DNA of 64,000 nucleotides from contig CAXXYE010000009.1 of the NCBI GenBank assembly GCA_963674865.2, positions 1-64,000 on the forward strand, given 5' to 3'. Below, piece by piece: positions 60,056-64,000 of the stretch (its first letter is position 1; every line of letters begins with the position of its first letter). The translations under genes were made by a program, and so were the position numbers. The notes under the pieces were generated by a model. That model saw only the letters and a list, made by a program, of their open reading frames with translations. It was not told where the DNA came from and ran no database searches. This DNA is from Candidatus Hydrogenedentota bacterium (GTDB lineage Bacteria; Hydrogenedentota; Hydrogenedentia; Hydrogenedentales; SLHB01).

Positions 60056-60937
60056 ATGTTCATTTCACTTCGTGATTGTATGGTGGATTGTGATGAGTTT
60101 GCGAGTCCCGCCGAGGGCATGCGGCATCTGGGCGTGGCGGCCGTAGAGATCGGCATCGACAGGGATTTCAACGTGTGCGCCATGGATTCGAGGGAACAAA
60201 TCACGCTCGCGTCGGATGAGGATGCCAAGGTCTACAAGAAACACCTCGACGACTTGGGCATCGAGCCTTATGCCTTCCTGACGGCGCGGGATTTCAGTGC
60301 GGGCGACATGCAGGAGAGCATCGCGTGGGTGGCGCGGGCCATCGAGCTTGCCGATCTCCTCGGGATGCCGGCGGTGCGCATCGATTCGGCCATGTCGCGC
60401 GAGCGCGAGCTGGATTTCGGGACGCGTGTCGCATTGTTTGCCGAAGGCCTCGGAGGGGCCCTCGAGCGGACGGCCGGTTCGAAGGTGGCTCTCGGCATCG
60501 AAAACCACGGCTTCCAAGGCAACAATCTGGCCTTCCAGTTGAACGTGTACAAGGCCGTCGGCTCGGAGCGGCTGGGCTCGACGATGGACACCGGTAACTT
60601 CTATTGGCGCGGCTATCCCCTCTCCGAGGTCTATGGCATCCTCACGATTCTCGCGCCCTACACGAAGCACACGCATCTCAAGAACATCAAGTATCCCGAG
60701 GACGTGCGCGAGACGACGCGGGAGAGCGGCTGGGAGTACGGGACGTACGTGTCGCCCCTCGATGAAGGGGATATCGATCACGCCAAGGTGCTACGCCTGC
60801 TGGCCGAGGCCGGATACGACGGCGACGTTTGCATCGAGGATGAATCCCTCGGGCACTATGAGCCGGGCGAGGAGCGCATCGCCGTGCTTGAGCGCGACGT
60901 CGCCCACGTGAAGGAGATCATTGAGGCGGTGGCGTAG
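60056..60937 (+). CDS. Sugar phosphate isomerase/epimerase (AP endonuclease 2-like TIM barrel)
   Basis: GIENHG, MDTGNF, HTHLKN, GYDGDVCIE. Confidence 0.88.
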   Translation: MFISLRDCMVDCDEFASPAEGMRHLGVAAVEIGIDRDFNVCAMDSREQITLASDEDAKVYKKHLDDLGIEPYAFLTARDFSAGDMQESIAWVARAIELADLLGMPAVRIDSAMSRERELDFGTRVALFAEGLGGALERTAGSKVALGIENHGFQGNNLAFQLNVYKAVGSERLGSTMDTGNFYWRGYPLSEVYGILTILAPYTKHTHLKNIKYPEDVRETTRESGWEYGTYVSPLDEGDIDHAKVLRLLAEAGYDGDVCIEDESLGHYEPGEERIAVLERDVAHVKEIIEAVA

Positions 60938-60946
60938 CGCCCGAGA

Positions 60947-61660
60947 CTACGCCTGAGGTTGGTAGTCGCTCCGGACGTGTAGCAGGCCTTCGTGCAGGTG
61001 AACGCAGCGGCCGGCCTTGGCGGCCAGGTGTTCATCGTGGGTAACGAGGACGAGCGTCATCTTCTCGGACTCGTTCAGCCGCCAGAGCAGATCAAGGATG
61101 TCTTCCCCGGTAGCCTCGTCGAGGTTGCCGGTGGGCTCATCGGCAAGGACGACGCTCGGGTCGTTGAGTAACGCGCGGGCAATGGCGACGCGCTGCTGCT
61201 CGCCGCCGCTCAGTTCGCCGGGCTTGTGCGTCATCCGCTCGGCCAGTCCCACCTTCACAAGCAATTCCTCCGCGCGCGGCTTGCTCACGCCGCGGCGCTT
61301 ACCGCGGCACAGGGCGGGCATCATCACGTTCTCGAGGGCGGTGAAATCGCCGAGGAGGTGATAGAACTGGAAGACGAAGCCAATCTGCTCGTTCCGAATC
61401 CGGTTGACAGCCGCCCGGCTCATCTTGGCGAGTGAGTTTCCCCGGAAGAAGACATCGCCTTTCGTAGGGCGATCCAGCGTGCCCATGATGTGAAGCAGCG
61501 TGCTCTTGCCGACACCGCTGGGGCCGCTGATGGCCAGGACTTCCCCGTCCCGGACACTCACGTCGATACCGCGGAGGATCTTCAGTTCGCGGTTGCCGTC
61601 CCAGTACGACTTCGTCAAGCCGCGGCATTCGATGACATTGCTCTGCACGTCGCTACTCAT
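60947..61660 (-). CDS. lolD: Lipoprotein-releasing ABC transporter ATP-binding subunit
   Basis: GPSGVGKS, GFVFQFYHLL, LSGGEQQR, ADEPTGNLD, VTHD. Confidence 0.93.
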   Translation of the reverse strand: MSSDVQSNVIECRGLTKSYWDGNRELKILRGIDVSVRDGEVLAISGPSGVGKSTLLHIMGTLDRPTKGDVFFRGNSLAKMSRAAVNRIRNEQIGFVFQFYHLLGDFTALENVMMPALCRGKRRGVSKPRAEELLVKVGLAERMTHKPGELSGGEQQRVAIARALLNDPSVVLADEPTGNLDEATGEDILDLLWRLNESEKMTLVLVTHDEHLAAKAGRCVHLHEGLLHVRSDYQPQA

Positions 61661-62915
61661 AGCGGAGGGCATCCACGGGTTCGAGGCGGGCCGCGCTCCA
61701 CGCGGGATAGAGCGTGGAAATGAACGTCAATGCCACGGCCGAAAGTGTAATCCAGGCAATATCCAAAGGAACTACCGCCACGGGGATGCGGTCGAAGTAG
61801 TAGATCTGGCTGTCAAAAATCGGGACGTTGAACGTGTTGGCGATGAACTCAGCGACGGCATTGAGATTGTAAGCGAGAACGGTGCCGGCGGCCACGCCCG
61901 CAAGGGCGCCGGTAAGGCCGATGAACAGTCCTTCGAGCACAAAGAGGAGGAGTATGGAGCCGCTGCCGGCTCCGAGCGTGCGAAGAATGCCGATATCGCG
62001 CCGCTTCTCCATCACCACCATGATGAGCGTGCTCGTGATGTTGAAGGCGGCGACGAGGATGATGAAGGCCAGGATGATGAACATGACGAGCTTCTCCTGG
62101 CGCAGCGCCTCGAAAAAGGTTTGATCGCTTTCATACCAGGTGACGGCGCGGTAGCCTAGGTCGATGAGGACGCGCTCGGCCACCGCGTCGGCCCGGAAGG
62201 GGTCGTCCAGCTTGCAGTGGATAGCGTCGGCGCCATCGCGGCCGGTGAGCATCGCCACCGTTGCGAGGTCCACAAAGCCGTACATCGAGTCGAGGTCGGA
62301 CATCTGCGCCTCGGAGATGCCGCTCACCGTCAACCAGAGTCGCTGCCCCTCCCGCAGGCTGGCTGGAGTCATTCTCTCCCGGAAGGTAAGCAGCGAAATC
62401 GCATCCCCGATGCCCACGCCCAGGCGATCGGCGAGCCGGTAGCCGAGGACAATCTCCTTTTCGCCGGGCAGACGCCCTCGCCCATGGGTGCGTCCCCGCT
62501 CAGGGGTGAGGTTACTGGCGAGTTCGGTGACCTTCGACTCCCGGGCCGGGTCGATGCCGATGATGATGCCCCCCGTCGCAAAGGCGTGGCCGTAGCGCCG
62601 GCTCTGCAGAAGCGCTTCCACCTGGCTCAGCGGCGCCGATGCGATAATCTCCGGGCAATGCGCTTCGACCTCGGCAATGACGGCCTCGGGATCGGACATC
62701 GGGCCGCTGAAATCTTCGACGGTGAGGTGCGATCGATTCCCGATGATGGCCTCGCGGAGGGCGATGTCGAAGCCTGTCATGACGCTCATAACCACGATGA
62801 GCGTCATCACGCCGACGCTTACGCCCGCGATGGAGATGATGGTGATCAGGCTGACGAGCCGGTTCTTGCGCTTCCCCCGGAGGTATCGGAAGGCTATATA
62901 GGACTCAAAACGCAT
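61653..62915 (-). CDS. Lipoprotein-releasing ABC transporter permease (LolC/E family)
   Basis: IAFRYL, VMSVMTGF, VAAFNITSTL, DIGILRTLGA, YPAWSAARLEPVDALRYE. Confidence 0.93.
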   Translation of the reverse strand: MRFESYIAFRYLRGKRKNRLVSLITIISIAGVSVGVMTLIVVMSVMTGFDIALREAIIGNRSHLTVEDFSGPMSDPEAVIAEVEAHCPEIIASAPLSQVEALLQSRRYGHAFATGGIIIGIDPARESKVTELASNLTPERGRTHGRGRLPGEKEIVLGYRLADRLGVGIGDAISLLTFRERMTPASLREGQRLWLTVSGISEAQMSDLDSMYGFVDLATVAMLTGRDGADAIHCKLDDPFRADAVAERVLIDLGYRAVTWYESDQTFFEALRQEKLVMFIILAFIILVAAFNITSTLIMVVMEKRRDIGILRTLGAGSGSILLLFVLEGLFIGLTGALAGVAAGTVLAYNLNAVAEFIANTFNVPIFDSQIYYFDRIPVAVVPLDIAWITLSAVALTFISTLYPAWSAARLEPVDALRYE

Positions 62916-62941
62916 CGCGTCGGGATGCCGTCCTTATGTGT

Positions 62942-64000
62942 CTATTCCACGGTTCGGAGCTGCGGGAAGAAGATAACCTCCCGGATGGATGCAGAATCCG
63001 TCAGCAGCATGGCAAGCCGGTCGATGCCGACGCCCAAGCCCGCAGTGGGCGGCATGCCGACCTCGAGAGCCGCGATGAAATCTTCATCGAGTCGCTGGGC
63101 CTCATCATCGCCGAGCTCGCGCAGCTTCAACTGGTTCATGAACCGCTCGCGTTGATCGATAGGGTCATTAAGCTCCGTGAAGGCGTTGCAGAGTTCGAGC
63201 CGGCCGATGAAGATCTGAAACCGCTCGACAAGCTCGGGATTGTCCCGCTTCTTCTTGGCCAAAGGCGATATCTCGATGGGATAGTCATAGAGGAATGTCG
63301 GCTGAACCAGGTTCGGCTGGACCTTCTCGCTCATGACTTCGTCCACGATCTTGCCGTAACCCATGGCGGGATCCACTTCGAGCCCGATGCCCTCCGCGAG
63401 CTTCGCCGCCTCTTCGCGGTCGCACGTCGCCTCGAGGTCGATGCCGGCATGCTGCCGGATGGCCTCGAACAACGGTACGCGCCGCCACGGGCGGGCCGCG
63501 TCGATGGAATCGCCTTGATACTCGAAGCTGGAACTGCCAACGACCTCCTCGATCACGCTTACCAGGAGTTCCTCCGTTTCATCCATCAAACCAACGTAAT
63601 CCTGGTAGGCCTCGTAGAGTTCCATCATGGTGAACTCGGGATTGTGCTTGGTGTCCACGCCCTCGTTGCGGAAATTGCGGTTGATCTCGAACACCTTCTC
63701 GAATCCGCCCACGATGAGGCGCTTGAGATAGAGTTCGGGCGCGACGCGGAGATAGAGGTCGCGGTCGTAGGTGTTGTGATGCGTGATGAAGGGACGGGCC
63801 GTTGCGCCGCCGGGGATGGGCTGCAACATGGGCGTCTCGACCTCGAGGAAGCCGCGCTGCGACAGCCACGCGCGCATCGAGGCGATCATGGCGGAGCGGC
63901 GGCGGAAGGTCTCCATCACCTCCGGATTCGCCACAAGGTCAAGGTAGCGTTGACGGTAGCGCGTCTCGACGTCGGTAAGGCCGTGGTATTTCTCGGGCAA
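62942..64000 (-). CDS. lysS: Lysyl-tRNA synthetase class II, 5' end outside the window
   Basis: RYRQRYLDL, GGATARPF, APELYLKRL, FRNEG, HNPEFT, GMPPTAGLGVGIDRL. Confidence 0.98.
   Translation of the reverse strand: MPEKYHGLTDVETRYRQRYLDLVANPEVMETFRRRSAMIASMRAWLSQRGFLEVETPMLQPIPGGATARPFITHHNTYDRDLYLRVAPELYLKRLIVGGFEKVFEINRNFRNEGVDTKHNPEFTMMELYEAYQDYVGLMDETEELLVSVIEEVVGSSSFEYQGDSIDAARPWRRVPLFEAIRQHAGIDLEATCDREEAAKLAEGIGLEVDPAMGYGKIVDEVMSEKVQPNLVQPTFLYDYPIEISPLAKKKRDNPELVERFQIFIGRLELCNAFTELNDPIDQRERFMNQLKLRELGDDEAQRLDEDFIAALEVGMPPTAGLGVGIDRLAMLLTDSASIREVIFFPQLRTVE

Overview
GC-rich bacterial chromosomal window with no rRNA, tRNA, CRISPR array, integrase or transposase that I can see. The gene mix suggests a poorly characterised anaerobe such as Ca. 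Hydrogenedentota or a PVC-like lineage (inference only). Housekeeping genes are hemB (partial), lepB, plsY, der, pgsA, a TIGR03960-type radical SAM/DUF2344 fusion, ispG, comM, lolD, lolC/E and lysS (partial). They are interleaved with many secreted glycan/sulfate-related proteins (sulfatase-like, BNR, DUF4838, UroD-like, ArnT-like, CgeB-type glycosyltransferases). There are two small accessory islets. The first (about 25.7-29.9 kb) holds a DUF4160/DUF2442 pair, an HTH-fused beta-class DNA methyltransferase convergent with a PD-(D/E)XK nuclease, and a TerB-trypsin protease. The second (about 55.7-58.1 kb, directly after comM) holds a Cthe_2314-like HEPN protein, a stand-alone class III nucleotide-cyclase-like protein and an MNT-HEPN toxin-antitoxin pair. 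The most notable signals are (a) two intergenic, highly self-complementary 230-290 nt elements (20824-21111 minus; 52941-53175 plus) with strand-consistent G-U pairs and shared promoter-like and 3' motifs, a candidate undescribed ncRNA family, and (b) the HEPN + cyclase pair, a candidate cyclic-nucleotide defence module. Several single-base frameshifts look like long-read assembly errors. All family calls come from motifs read by eye, not database searches.
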